A stretch of DNA of 64,000 nt from the human T2T-CHM13v2.0 reference genome, Homo sapiens. Of the stretch, positions 1 through 16,097 are shown one piece after another; the first letter of the stretch is position 1, and the number at the start of each line of letters is the position of its first letter. The notes under the pieces were generated by a model, which saw only the letters and a list, made by a program, of their open reading frames with translations, had not been told where the DNA came from and made no database searches. Position numbers and translations under genes: made by a program. The stretch is taken from NCBI RefSeq assembly GCF_009914755.1, contig NC_060946.1; one strand, 5' to 3'.

Positions 1-65
1 AAGGCTGCCAGGGCATCGGCATGACGTCCAAGGTACTGGAGGGCAACACCCTGTCGGAAGTATGC
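1..65 (-). CDS. TTC28: 5' part of an internal TPR-coding exon of tetratricopeptide repeat protein 28 (exon 3 by recollection); continues beyond window start
   Basis: Reverse complement reads tatcttttatttctag|GCA TAC TTC CGA CAG GGT GTT GCC CTC CAG TAC CTT GGA CGT CAT GCC GAT GCC CTG GCA GCC TT = AYFRQGVALQYLGRHADALAA(F). This is a TPR helix pair matching my recollection of TTC28. Phase-0 acceptor AG at 67-66; CpG-retaining, GC-rich relative to the flank. Confidence 0.92.
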
Positions 66-374
66 CTAGAAATAAAAGATATATAAGATATATAATGCCT
101 GTGCTCCAACAAGGCTGATGGTGATTCTTTACTAGAACAACAGGTCAGCAGAACTAAGATTGAGATGTACTTGATTTAAAAACCTAGTGAACAGTTGGTA
201 ATGAAATGAACTAACTTCTAACATCATAAGCATACTTTTATCAGGCAACTTCTATTTAAAATTTTCATCTTTTCACTTCTAAGACACATCAATTTTATCA
301 CATTCTTTGGTATTTATTCACACGTTACTTTTATTGTTTTTGAAGTATTTTAAAAATATTTCTTATCCCACCTT

Positions 375-465
375 TAATGCCATAAGCTCCTCAGGAAAGG
401 GACTTGAAGATCTCTTTATATCTCACCTAAGTATCTAGTACAGTGCAAAAATAAATGAGATGAAT
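375..465 (+). mobile_element. L2 3'-end fragment
   Basis: taagctcctcaggaaagggact...tctagtacagtg...aataaatgagatgaa resembles the L2 3' terminus. Confidence 0.5.
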
Positions 466-847
466 TCTACTTATTTTCTATTTCCCCCTCTTAAATAATT
501 ACAAAGGAACAAATGAGTGTGTGATTACTTTTAAGATAATTTTAATAATGAGTGACACAACATGGCTACTTACTTTTAATATGTTGTTTCACACATAATA
601 TTTAAAAGCAATTACCTATATGTGTGCTTTGCTTAGAAACCAAAAAAGGTTATTATCCTTTGTATTCTTTAAGTGAATTATTTTAAAAACTAGTATTATC
701 AATTGTGATTATAGGAAAACATTCCTCCTTCTAACTAACTGCAGAAAAGACCAGAGAATTAGTAAGATATTTAAATATTTAAATTTTAGAATTTTAGAAT
801 AGTTTTAAGAAACTACCATTTGTTTTCTTTTCTCTTTCTCGTTCTTT

Positions 848-1039
<192 letters not shown>

Positions 1040-2294
1040 TGACAAAGTGTTACTTGTATACAACCAGCAAATTAGGTGTTTACCTAATTAAATAATACAT
1101 ACAAATAACATATAATTAACATATTCATTGCTTATATGACAACATCTGCTTCTAAAATACTTGGTCTCCTATTCAACTGAAATATTCTTACAATTCTGTT
1201 TATAACACAAACTTATTTTTCTTCAACCCAATATACTTAGAAATTGTCACAAATTGTATTCATGGGATCTAAATGAAGTTTCAAACTCTTAAAACTACCA
1301 CTCAATAAAAAATATATAATTTAAAAATTTTATATTACAAATGCATATACACAGAGAGTGAGAAAGCACCTTTCGTGTTTACAAGATATATTTACTTATC
1401 TTACTTTTATAATGACTATTTGAGGTAATTTAAGAGAGGCAACACCATTCAGTGTTTCTATTAAAAAACAATCCATAAACAGAATGAATACTCAAATTAT
1501 TACAGACTACTGAGGCTTCTATTAAAGTACCAGTAGCTGTTAAAACTCAGACCCCAGTAAGATAATAACCTGTAAATGCACTTTCATTACTAATTCATAG
1601 GATCACTTCCCTTCACTGGACTCAGCCACTGTTTAAATCTTTAATGTGTTTACAAAGATTTTTCATTACCTTTTTCATTTCACTTTTTAGGTAGTTTCTA
1701 TATTGCAAGAGGCAACAGTATATTCCAACTAAAAATAACTATAGTTTACATAAGTACAGAAATGCTATATTAAAACTAAACTAAAAATATACATGTTTAT
1801 GTTTTTATATACAAATATGCCAAATAACTGTAAACTTATTAAGAGACACAAAAAATGTCTTAGTTACTGATTTCACATATTATAAGAAAAAATCTTAACT
1901 TAGTATCAATGAATTCTGATAACTTCTTACATATTTGAAGCAAAACATTACTTACTTGAGAGGGCAACTGATTTTCCTGTCTGCCAAATAAAAGCACTGA
2001 AAAGTATGATTTACCTACTGCTAGGGAGGTAGGTAAAGTTCAGTGTTAAATGCAAGCTTTGGTCTCATGTTCACACAGGAGCTCAAGGAGAAGGTGCATG
2101 TTTTGTTTTCTTAGAACGCTTACAAATTAGATAAGAAAAGGTAAGACTGGACCATGCCTCCCACAATCTTGGTTTCCTTTCTTCAAGAAAAGATTTTAAA
2201 AAGTGGTATAGGAGAGAAGGTTCAAAGGTCATCTTTGGTCTTCCCTTATGCCCTTCCAGAGTCCCTAATCCAACTTTATAAGATTTACCTGTTA

Positions 2295-2590
2295 AAAGCT
2301 TAGGATTGTATCCCTGTAAAGATAGCATAATGAGTACAGCTCTGACAACTCCCTGTTCCAAACTCAAAGAGTGGGGCTCTCCCAACATTTATCCATGCAA
2401 TATTCATTGCATGTACAAATGGCTGTTGAATAAAAATGAGTTCTTTATACTTTTGTGAGAGAGATGTCACTATGGAGTTCAAGCTGATGATAAAACCTAG
2501 ATTGTAAGTTATTGAAATAGAATAAAGAGAATCCAGTACAGTACTTGGCAAAGAGTTAAGCACCCAACGAAATTAGCTATTTTTGTTATT
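2295..2590 (+). mobile_element. L2 3' end followed by MIR fragment
   Basis: aaatggctgttgaataaaaatgag (L2 tail), then cagtacagtacttggcaaagagttaagcacccaacgaaattagcta (MIR 3'). Confidence 0.5.
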
Positions 2591-3554
2591 AGCTAATGGG
2601 AAAAGAATCTTAATAAGAACACATAATTATAGACTAACAGAATACAAGAGAGTCCAATAAATATTTTAAATATTTTAGCATTCAATATAATATTATTCAA
2701 TTTCTATCACTGTCTCATTCATTCTTTCTCTTGTTCCATAAAAGACTATGAGCAATCAAGAAACTATATAATTGAGAATTCTCATTGCTGTAAGGCTCCC
2801 AGACAAAATGTAAGCCACCTGACTAAAATAAATTGGTATTACCAAGTTCTGAGCGAGATAACAGCCACCCATAGGCTTGCCAGCCTTCTCCAAAGGAAAG
2901 GTCAGGATATGTTGAGATTCACAGCTGTTTATCCAAGCTTCAGGAAAATTGATGTGACCTGCCAATAGCCTATCTGCTTCTCCTTCTATGGGTTCCAGCT
3001 ACTAATGTTTATCTTATTATCACAGGTCTCACAGAAAGCCACTTCATCTGGGAGAGGTACAAACTTATATATACGGACGCAGTATATGTGCAGCATGCCA
3101 AAGATGGGTGTCTCTAGGGCAATGTTGAATACTTGGTGCCCAGTCAACATCAGATCACATACACACTTACTTCATGAACTTACCAAACATACACCACATA
3201 CTGGTCATTGGTTTGGCAGCAGATGGAGAAGAAAGGGCAACATGGACTAACTGTTGAGAACACCTATACCCTAAGTACAATGATTTTAGGCTGAAGCTTT
3301 AGCCAAGAAGAAGAGAAATGTACAGGGAGCTAGTTAATACACTGGACTAAAGTGGGATGCCTAGATTTTCAAGTCTTCCATTCATTTATTTTCTTGTTGG
3401 TCACCACAAATACACCACAGTGATTATTCCATGCATACTACTAGATGACTTCACAAATCATATAAAGATAACTGGATTACAAGAATAAGTTTCCATTACT
3501 TCTTTCTCACAATTAACATTCCCTAAAAATCAACAGTGCCAGGCACTGTGACAC

Positions 3555-3557
<3 letters not shown>

Positions 3558-3596
<39 letters not shown>
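3558..3596. repeat. (CA)n microsatellite, ~19 units
   Basis: Uninterrupted cacaca run. Confidence 0.97.
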
Positions 3597-3599
<3 letters not shown>

Positions 3600-4204
3600 C
3601 AAGACAAGAGCACCCTCAAGGTGCTCACAGTCAAGAGGGAAAAAATATAAAAAGCTCTAAGTGTCTTGACTGCTGGCTGCAGTAAATGATAACTAAAAGT
3701 AACTAATGCTGTAAAATTTCAGAGGTAACAAAAATGTAATTAATGACCAAAGTATTTATGCCCTATTGTTAAAATTGTTAGTATTATTAGCATTTGCTTT
3801 TTACTAAATGGCATTTCTCTCACCCCAGAGGGTTGAAATAAAAACACTGAAAGGCTAAATAAGTGAAACAGTAAACAATTCACTCTGCAAGTACCTCTGG
3901 AAGCAAGGAAAGACCTTTAGTCTTTACTTTCAACACATCATTCCTGGTTCAGAATTCCAAAATGTCACTGAACCAAACAATAACCTAATATTCTACTCTC
4001 CCTTGGCCTAAATGAGTAACGAGGTAAACTACCATGTTCACAGGTACATGTGTATAACAACATATGTAATAAATATATGTAATATGTAATGATATATAGA
4101 ATAGTATATACTCATATGTACAATGCATAACCTAGTACTTATTTCAAGTATTTGCAAATAATCTGCCTTTGATTTTATCTGTATTTTCAAATGTTATAAT
4201 TTAA

Positions 4205-4498
<294 letters not shown>

Positions 4499-4929
4499 TA
4501 CTTTAATATTCTTAGTCGATATTTCAAATTTGGAATTTGAACTTTTAAAATCTCCTGAAGAATAATTATTTCTAATTATAACATGGTTTTATAGCTTCTA
4601 GTGAATATATGCTTTCCATATAATCACTATCTTTGTTCAACTATACTTGTAAATCACATGACTTTTTTACTAAATTTTCCCTTTATTTTAAAGATGATTA
4701 GAAATGGGGAAAATAGAAATGCTGATGCTAGTTTTTAAAAAGCAGCACCACTGATTTATAATTTAACACAACTGGGTCAAAAGCAAAAATGATTATAAGA
4801 GGCCAAAACTAAAAAACTTTAATATCACTGTATGTATACAAAACAACTTTGTTCAATTGTGATGGAAAACGATAAAATTAGAGAATATGTAAACCTTGGT
4901 TTTAAAAGAAAAACTGATTTTTGAAAACT

Positions 4930-5297
4930 TTATATTTTTAATTTTTGCAGGTACACAGTAGGTATATATATTTATGGGATACATAAGATAGTTTAATACA
5001 AGCATACAACGCATAATAATCACATCAGAGTAAATGGGGTATCCATCACCACAAGCATTTATGCTTTCTCTGTGTTGCAAACAATCCAATTATACTCTTT
5101 TAGTTATTTTTAAATGTACAATAAATTATTGTAGGCTATAGTTATCCTGTTGTGCTACCAAATACTAGATCTTATTCATTCTATATAACTATATTTTTTT
5201 ACTCATTAACTATCTCACCTTACTCGCCCCCACACACACACTACCCTTTCCCAGACTCTGCTAACCATCATTCTACTCTATCTCCATAAGTACAATT

Positions 5298-5298
<1 letters not shown>
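4930..5298 (-). mobile_element. L1MA (L1MA2/3-like) 3' UTR
   Basis: tttttgcaggtacacagtaggtatatatatttatggg...taaatggggtatccatcacc...caatccaattatactc is the L1MA 3' end; stops abruptly at 5298. Confidence 0.85.
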
Positions 5299-8031
<2,733 letters not shown>

Positions 8032-8035
<4 letters not shown>

Positions 8036-8116
8036 TCACCCACCTTCTGCATTGATCTCGCTGGGAGCTGCAGACTGGAGTTGCTCCTATTCGGCCATCT
8101 TACCAGCCACCCTCCC
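8032..8116 (-). mobile_element. First ~85 nt of an L1PA7-like 5' UTR
   Basis: RC gggagggtggctggtaagatggccgaataggagcaactccagtctgcagctcccagcgagatcaatgcagaaggtgggtgatttc, including the YY1 site AAGATGGCC. Confidence 0.9.
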
Positions 8117-8310
8117 TATTTCTTTATACCAAAATTTAAAATATTAGTCAGATGTAGTGGCATGTGCCTGTAGTCCTAGCTACTTGGGAAGCTAAGGTGG
8201 GAGAATTGCTCGAGCCCAAGAGTTCAAAGCCGTAGTGAGCTATGATGGTTCCACTGCATTACAGCCTGGGAAACAGAGTGAGACCTTATCTCTAAAAAAA
8301 AGAAAAAAAA
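8117..8310 (+). mobile_element. AluJ right arm with mid A-rich linker; left arm missing
   Basis: aaaatttaaaatattagtcagatgtagtggcatgtgcctgtagtcc...gagaccttatctctaaaa. Confidence 0.9.
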
Positions 8311-8857
8311 TTCTCCAAGTTTGTACAGATTGGCTGTGTACTGGGGACTATCTGCAGTCTTTTGTATAGGTCGCTGGGGATTGTTTGTTTGCAATACAGT
8401 GTTTTTGAGGAATATTTGCTGCTTTTCTTCCCTGAAGGAATTTTGAGGTAGGTGAAACAAAGGCAGATACCTTGCATTAATAATATAGGTAGTCCCCAGA
8501 CAAGTTAGATCAGATAAACACAATCATTTGAAGATAAAGTTTGCTCTGCTCCCTAGAGAACCAGAGACCGAGTTCTCACTATAGGAATGCAGAATGTCAA
8601 GTTTAAGACTCTCAACAAGCCAGGGAGGAGGATGGGACAAGGTGAAGCTAAAATGTCAAAGACTTTTATGCCATTTGGAAGTTGCTTTCTTCTGGATTTG
8701 GATTTTTTTTTTTTTAACTGGTGTAAACCTGTGACTGTGTTCTAGAGTTCTGACAAAGTTGGTATTGACAATTTTTCTTTAGTTTTTGATATTGCTTCAG
8801 AGGGACAGGCCCTTGGAGCTATGATATCTACTTCTCCATTTTTGCTTAGATTCCTCC
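8311..8857 (-). mobile_element. Old L1M 5'-end region, nested into the adjacent L1MC
   Basis: Ends tacttctccatttttgcttagattcctc, the pattern of an L1M 5' terminus on the minus strand; abuts L1MC ORF2 at 8858. Confidence 0.55.
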
Positions 8858-9184
8858 TTGTTATCATGTTTAAGAACTTTTTATCTAACCCTTGGTTACA
8901 AACATTTTCTTCTAAAATTCTTATAGTTTTACTTGTTCACATTTAGATTTGTGGTCCAGTTTGAGTTAATTCTTATATAAGGTGCAAAACAGTGTTTTAG
9001 GTTCATTTTTATTTATATGAATGTCCAATTGTTCCAATGCCATTTATTGAAAAGAGTAAGTTCCTTTCTTTTTTAGTTCCTTTTCCACCTTTGTAAAAAA
9101 ATCAGTTGTTCATAGTTGTGTGGGTCTATTCCTAGACTCTCTATTCTGTTCTATTGATATTTATCTACCCCTTCACAACATTAC

Positions 9185-9745
9185 TGTTACAGTCTCGTCA
9201 ATGCACCACAATGTAGCAGTCTCAGTTGTGAGGTATTACCTAGAGTTCTTTGTCTCATGACAAAGAGAATGAAGGAGCAGGGACACAAAGGATGAGGTTG
9301 GAGTGAAAGTTTCATAAGTGAAAGAAGAAAGCTCTCAGCTGCGATGAAGGGATCCAGAAGAGGGGTGCTGTTTTTACAGTTAAATGCAAAGACTTTTATA
9401 AGAAACTGATGAGGGCTGGGTGTCTTATTTGCATAAGGCACAAAGTTCTGGTAGTTCCATCCCATTCTTTTAATGCGCATGTGGGCCCTAAGCTTGAGTT
9501 ACTCCATATTGCTTTATTCCGCTTACTGCACATGTTCAGGGGATGGAATTTTCCATTGCAGGTGTGTTTGGGCAAGTCACCTGTGCAGCCTTTCTTATCT
9601 GTGTGGCTATGGGCATGTCTTAGGCAAGCCCGACTGTGCAAGTTCCCTTATCTGTGCCTGCAGGCTGTTCTTTTGCTTGAAAGAATTCAACAGATGACCT
9701 ACCCTAACTGCCTGTCTGACCCGTTTCTTCCTTTCTCCTCTCTCA
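9185..9745 (-). mobile_element. ERV1 solo LTR of the LTR9/MER61 group
   Basis: TG...CA termini, 561 bp, exact 4-bp TSD TTAC (9181-9184 and 9746-9749); RC starts tgagagaggagaaaggaagaaac. Confidence 0.88.
9611..9631. promoter_or_regulatory. p53 response element motif: two perfect RRRCWWGYYY half sites with a 1-bp spacer
   Basis: GGGCATGTCT t AGGCAAGCCC inside the LTR; motif only, binding not shown. Confidence 0.55.
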
Positions 9746-10195
9746 TTACATTGTGTTGATTACTGTAATTTTTTAGGAAGTTTTAAAATTGGGTACTATG
9801 ATGCATCCAACTTTTTCTTTTCAAAATTGCTTTGGCTATTTTAGTTTCTTTGCTTTTCCATATAAATCTTTTTAGACTCAGATGTCTATATGTACAAAAT
9901 ATCTTGTTTTTCATTGGCATTATGTTAAATCTATTTGTATTGGTTCAATTTTGGGAGAACTGGCATCATAACTATAGTTAGTCTTTCAGTTCATAAACAG
10001 GCTATGTTTCCCCATTTATGTTTTCATTTTGATTTATTTCATGAGCATTTTTTTAGTTTTCATTGTAAATCTCTTACATATATTTTGTTACACTTACATC
10101 TAAATAATTCATTTTTTGGAGCTATTGTTTTTGAAAGTTCAGTTTTCAGTTGTTCCTTGCCAGTATGAAATATGATTGAATTTTGCATGCTATTA

Positions 10196-10493
10196 ATTTT
10201 TTTTGAGACAAGTTCTTACTCTGTTATCCAGGCTGGAACGCAGTGGTATGATCATGGCTCACTGCAGCTTTGAACCCCTGAGTGCAAGTGATCCTCCCAC
10301 TTAAGCCTCCTGCATAGCTGGAGCTACAGGTATGCACTACCATGCCTGGCTAACTTAAATTTTTTTCTTTTTTTTTAGAGAGAGGATCTCGCTATGTTAT
10401 CTAGGCTGGTCTCAAACTTCTGGGCTCAAGTGATCCTCCTGCCTTGGCCTCCTAAAGTGCTGGGATTATAGGCTTGAGCCACTGCACCCTGCC
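10196..10493 (-). mobile_element. AluJ
   Basis: Dimer with J diagnostics (atcatggctcactgcagc, gggctcaagtgatcctcc). Confidence 0.93.
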
Positions 10494-11330
10494 TGTTACT
10501 GTACTTTTATGTTTTAAAACATTTACTTATTCATTTTTATATCTTTTATTTCTTTTCTGAGTGTTTCTGTCTTTCCATTTGTTATAACGGTTGCCTTTAC
10601 TTCTTAGAGAATGGTTGTAATAGCTACTATTAAAATCTTTGTGTGATAATTTTAACCTTTATGTCATCTTAGAGTTGTTGTCTATTGATTGATTTCCTTG
10701 TGAGTTGAGATTTCCTTGGTCTTTCATAGGCCAAGTAACTTTGGTTTATATTCTGGATATTTTGTTATTATCTTATGAATCTTTATATCCTGTTTATATT
10801 TTAAGAAGAACGTAGTTATTGTTTTGTTTAACAAACAATTTACCTAGTTAGATTCAGGCGATAAGTTTCAATGCACATTTTATAGACTTTATTCCCAATG
10901 TCAGTTAACTTTTCACAGGTTTTGTTGTTCTATTAGGACCTGTCCTTCATATGCACCACTGAGTGTTCTGAGAACTGGAGAGTAGCCTATCCTATACTTT
11001 TCACAGCCTTTGGCATGCTATTTAGGGCAAGAACCATACACTACATAATGGGATTGCTCTCATGAGCTCACTCCTATATCTGATATCTTCAACACTTTCC
11101 AGCTCTCTGACTGTCTTCCTTCCAATCTCCAGCCAAAAGGTAGGACTTTAGTTTCCCTGTGTTGCCATACATATCCTGTAATTAGGTCTACATAAAGTAT
11201 CAAGCAGTGAAAATGCAGAGAGAGGAAAAAAGTATTGTAAATCAATCTGTACCCTTAAGACCACAGCTCCTATAGTCACAGAGAAGGGTCTCCTTCCTGA
11301 GAATTTAGATGCCTGCCCATTATACACTGC

Positions 11331-11626
11331 TTTTGCTTGTTGTTTTGGGGTCTTGCTCTGTCACCCAGGCTGGAGCACAGTGGTGTGATCATGGTTCACT
11401 GCATCCTTGACATCCTGGGCTCAAGTGATCCTCCCAACTCAACCTCCCAAGTAGCTGGGGGTACAGGTGTGTGCCACCAACCCAGCTAATTAATTTTTTT
11501 TTTTTTTTTAGAGATGAGAGTCTTACTATGTTGTCCAGGCTGGTCTCAAACTCCTGGACTCAAGTGATCCTCCTGCCTCGGCCTCCCACAGTGCTGAGAT
11601 GAGAGGCATGAGCCACTGCCCCGGCC
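11331..11626 (-). mobile_element. AluJ
   Basis: Dimer; TSD-like cactgcttt on both sides. Confidence 0.93.
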
Positions 11627-12227
11627 GCCTCCACTGCTTTCATCATCCCCATTACTGCTGACTTGCCTGGAGTGTGGATTGTGAGAGAATGTTAAGAAAA
11701 CCAGATTTTCTTTATTCTTTCTGACCTTACGAGTTCCCTTTTTTGCTTCTCTGACCAAAGAGAAGGCTTTTCTTGGTGCACTTTCTGTTTGCACCCAGTA
11801 AGTGCATCCTGATTTGAAGCTGCCTTTGAATCCAAGCTGGTAACACCAGATGGGAAAGAAAAACCAAAACAAATCAGGAAACCCACTGCTTGCTTGTTAC
11901 TGCTTTGACTTTTGTTCTCCTCCCTTGAGTCACCTGCTACCATTTACTCTTCAGAGTCTTCAGAAAGCTATACTATGAAGTCTTTTCAGGGTGTAGTTGT
12001 GTTCAATGGAAAAGATTAAATGAAGTGTACTTGTTCCACCTTGCTTAGAACTGGAACCTCTTTTTGAAAAGATATAAAACATGTTGTATTTTTATACTAG
12101 TAAGTATTGAGAGGCAGTCATTTTTCTTTTCCTGTTTTTTCATTTTGATACACGGTACCCTACACACATGTCAATGTAGAAAGATCATATAACATGGGAC
12201 GGAGAAAAATGTAGGCTGGGAAGTGTA

Positions 12228-12544
12228 TTCTTTTTTTTTTTTTTTTTTTTTTTTGGACAGAGTCTCGCTCCTTTACCCAGGCTGGAGTACAGTGGTGTGA
12301 TCAAGGCTTATGAAAGCCTTGACCTCCTGGGCTCAAGTTATCTTCCTGTCTTAGCCTTGCAAGTAGTTAGGACTACAGGTACGTGCCACCATGCCTGGCT
12401 AATTTTTAATTAAAAAAAATTTTTTGTAGAGAAAGGATCTTGCCATGTTGTCCAGGCTGGTTTTGAACGCCTGGACTTAAGCGATCCTCTCACCTCAACC
12501 TCCCAAAGTGCTGCAATTACAAATGTGAGCCATCACTCATGGCT
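12228..12544 (-). mobile_element. AluJ with long T tract
   Basis: T24 followed by an Alu dimer. Confidence 0.93.
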
Positions 12545-12920
12545 TCTAAATTTATTCTGTAGAAAAATGTGTGAAATATTTATGCAAGTGTTTTTTGGGC
12601 GTATATTTTTGCCTTTCTGCCCTGTTCTCATCACTTACTCATGTCACCCTGTTCAGGTCCCTTCCTCAGAAGCATGTTCTTTTCTGGAGACTCTTATTAC
12701 TCACTAGCAATTGAAGCAACTGACAAAGGTATTAGTTGTCAGTAAGCCAGCAATATTTCTTGAACTTTGCTTTCCCAAACACCTAAAGTCAGAAGAGAGG
12801 GACTATTCCAAGAATTGGAGCCAGAGGAGGAGTAGAGATGGGCATTTCTTTGTATTTCCTCTTTTAAAAAACTGTGTGAACTCTTCATTTTATTCTATAA
12901 TTTTTATATTAAGATAATCC

Positions 12921-13080
12921 TCTATAGATTATAACAAATAATATAACACTGTGGTGTGGGATGTCAATAATGGGGGAGGTTATACATGTATGAGGACAGG
13001 AGTATATGGAAACTCTACTGTCTGCTCAATTTTGCTAAACCTAAAACTGCTCTAAAAATAAAGCTTATTAATTTAAAAAA
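12921..13080 (+). mobile_element. L1MC1/2-like 3' end
   Basis: gggatgtcaataatgggggaggttatacatg...ctgctcaattttgctaaacctaaaactgctctaaaaataaa. Confidence 0.8.
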
Positions 13081-14912
13081 TTCTCTTCTCAAAACTTCAA
13101 ATAACTTTGACATTTCATGAGATGTGTCACATTAGCGTATTGCTTTGCTCTTCTTTCTGGTATAATGCTAGAGAATTCCATTTGAATAATTTGAAGGGAA
13201 AAGAAAGAGTTGATAGCCAGAAAGATCAAAAGAGTAAGTCATTAATGGTAGAATTTCATCTGCCTGAAGAAGCCTTATGCAGAGTGCCCATATCTCAGTG
13301 TATATCTACTTAGAGTAATAATTTTTCATAGACTGCTTTCTGGAAGGAGTATATAGATATCTGACATGGTTTGGGTGTAGTTACATTACGGTAGGCAAGA
13401 TGCCACGTGTTTTTTTCAACAGTTGGTGAGAATTTTGGCTGCTTTAATTCCCATGTTTTTGCTTCACTGTTTTTTTCCTAATCCACCATTCTCTCTGCTA
13501 CTACTATTTTTTCCATTCTGGTTCTGGTCTTACCATATTGCTCAGGACCAGGACCAGGCTACATGCATAAAAGCACACATTTGCTGTGTTCTAGGGCTGG
13601 GAGAGGATTGGTAGGGCAGGGGCACAGGACTCATGCCAAAGACAGATGATTTCTTGGAGAATGTTCAGGTAATTCTCTAGGTTTTTTTTTTTTTTGGCAT
13701 GACTTTACACATTTCCTACACTACACCCATAGAATGAAGGCACAAGATATGGAAAATTCAGAACCATTGCTCTAGGGGACTGCAAACTTCTTTCATTGTT
13801 TATGTTTTAAGTTTAGAAGAGAGAAACTCCAAGTGATGCTATACACATTTTATAATCTGACATAAATTGTACTTCGGGATTCCCGCCACTGCTAGAAAAT
13901 GACACCTACTTAGTTATTTAATTCCTGGCTGGCATTTTAGTCTTTTCTTTGGCTTCTTATCAAATTTCTAATTCCTTTTTAAAATATGATTTTCTCATAA
14001 ACCTGTCACCTTAATAACACTTTTGATACAATTAATTTAACATTAATTTTGGGAAAAGAGTAGCTGATACATGAAACAATCAGAACTGAGAGCAGGTTTC
14101 CTTTAGAAATTGATTCTAAATGTACCAAAAGTCAATCTAAGAGAGAGAAACAATTCACAGCTGCAGATTTGGCTAGAACATTTATGTTTAGGGCATTTGG
14201 ACCTCTGATTCTGGGTTCCAAACTAAATAATGGTGTTTTCTAAAATAGCTCCCAGTCCTTTTGCATGTGCTTTCAGCATACAATATGACAGAAAATAGAA
14301 GTGAAAAATAGAAGTGTAGTTTTCTGGAGAGGTAGGAATATTTACTCCCAGCTGATCAGGTAAAACACATTGTGACATGAAGAATGTGTTCTTTGCTGAT
14401 TCTCAAGGTTTTATTTTATTTTTATTTTTAATATAAACTGTCAACAAATAGAAGCAAGAGGAAATTCACTTGAAAATATCAGAAGATAAAAGAAATATAG
14501 CAAATTATACTGCTGGTAAAAAATCCATTTTTAGGCACCAAACAAACAGGCATTGGCTGAGAAGCTTGCTGATGGCTTCTTTTGTTTCTCTTTGATTTAA
14601 ATCCTTATGCCTGTAATCTAATTAACATCAAACTGAGTTGCAAGTATAGTGGCCTGTTTGGTTCAATAATAATACATTTATATGAAAGGTTAATGAAATG
14701 AATTTTTCCTCCATCCAATTCATTAAAAATTGTTCTACAATCAACGGTTGCTAATGGAATAGATATTAAATATTCATGTTCATAAATTTTCTGTGTCATT
14801 TCTGATTTTCCTTCATTTCTGCCTCCATACATTGAATTTTACAAGTATAAGATTCTTAAGACAAAAAGCTGATTTAGAGGTTAATTGCACACCATTAATT
14901 CTTTTATCAAGG

Positions 14913-15120
14913 AAGCAGTGTGGAAAGTGGAGAGAGAATATGACAGTAGACTTGTCTCACTTTGTAGCTCTGTGATTTGGGGCAAGTTTTGTAACCACCT
15001 CTTTTGTGCAATAGTCATCATAAGAACTTCTTGCAGGGTATTGTGAGGGTTAGTGATAAACTATGGAAAGCACCCAGCACAGTGTCTAGTACAGAGTAGC
15101 TATCCCACAAATGACAACTT
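14913..15120 (+). mobile_element. MIR
   Basis: tagctctgtgatttggggcaagtt...ttgtgagggttagtgataa...aaagcacccagcacagtgtctagtacagagtag. Confidence 0.75.
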
Positions 15121-15265
15121 AGAAAAAGTTTTGGAAAATAAAATACCTACATATATGCAGCAAAACTTAGGATAATTTATAGTGGCAGGAATGATATGAC
15201 AATACTGGACTTTTTAATTCTAAAATAGGTATCACGTTTGGGCCTTGGAAAACCCTGTAATAATT

Positions 15266-15546
15266 ATTTTTGAGACTGAGTCTCACTCTGTCACCCAGGC
15301 TGGAGTGGCAAGATCTTGGCTCACTGCCACCTCCACCTCCCGGGTTCAAGCGATTCTCCTGCCTCAGCTTCCTGAGTAGCTGGGACTACAGGTGCCCACC
15401 ACCATGCCCGGCTAATTTTTGTATTTTTAGTAGAGACAGGGTTTCACCATATTGGCCAGGCTGGTCTCGAACTTGTGACCCTGTGATCTGCCTGCCTCAG
15501 CCTCCACAGGTGCTGGGATTACAGGCATGAGCCACTGTGCCTGGCC
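15266..15546 (-). mobile_element. AluS
   Basis: Dimer; explains the 15270-15530 Alu ORF. Confidence 0.95.
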
Positions 15547-16097
15547 AATAATTCTAATAATCAGTGTATCAGTATAAGTCTCTGATAGGAAGGAGTGTTT
15601 CATGTGCCTTTAGACAGATTTTTGTATTTCTGTTTTCTGGCACCTGTTCTTTCTTTTCCATTCAAGCCAAAGGACATTATTTAACCTGCATTTAATGTCT
15701 TTTCCAAATAATGAACTTACTAGATAACTGCAGCCTGCCCAGTCAACTGCCAAAGTATAAACATAAAAAAAAATTTTTTGACTGAAAAGTTTCCCTGACA
15801 CGTATTATCTATTATATAGGCTTTTGGAACAGAAGATAACAAATATAAATTAACTACTTCCTCAATGACTCAGGGAGATCATTATGATCATTAATGTTTA
15901 TTTTGTGCCTAATTTTTGTCACTCCCTTACCTCCTTTACAAAAGGTGACTTATAATATGTGAGCTGGTGAAGAAGATGAGCCACCTCAAAAAATAGAGCG
16001 TAACAGTGAAAGAATCACTTCTGTTCAATATTAAAAGTGCCTCGTCCATCAGCCCTATTCTGGCACTGAAAATACTGAGCAGGAGCATTTCCTAGGC

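Larger units (their letters stand above)
8858..12060 (-). mobile_element. L1MC-type element, 5' half (5' end ~12060, ORF2 to ~8858), interrupted by an LTR and two AluJ
   Basis: ORF2-like tccagtttgagttaattcttatataagg...gtccaattgttccaatgccatttattgaaaag; 5' terminus ttccaccttgcttagaactggaacctc. Confidence 0.75.
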
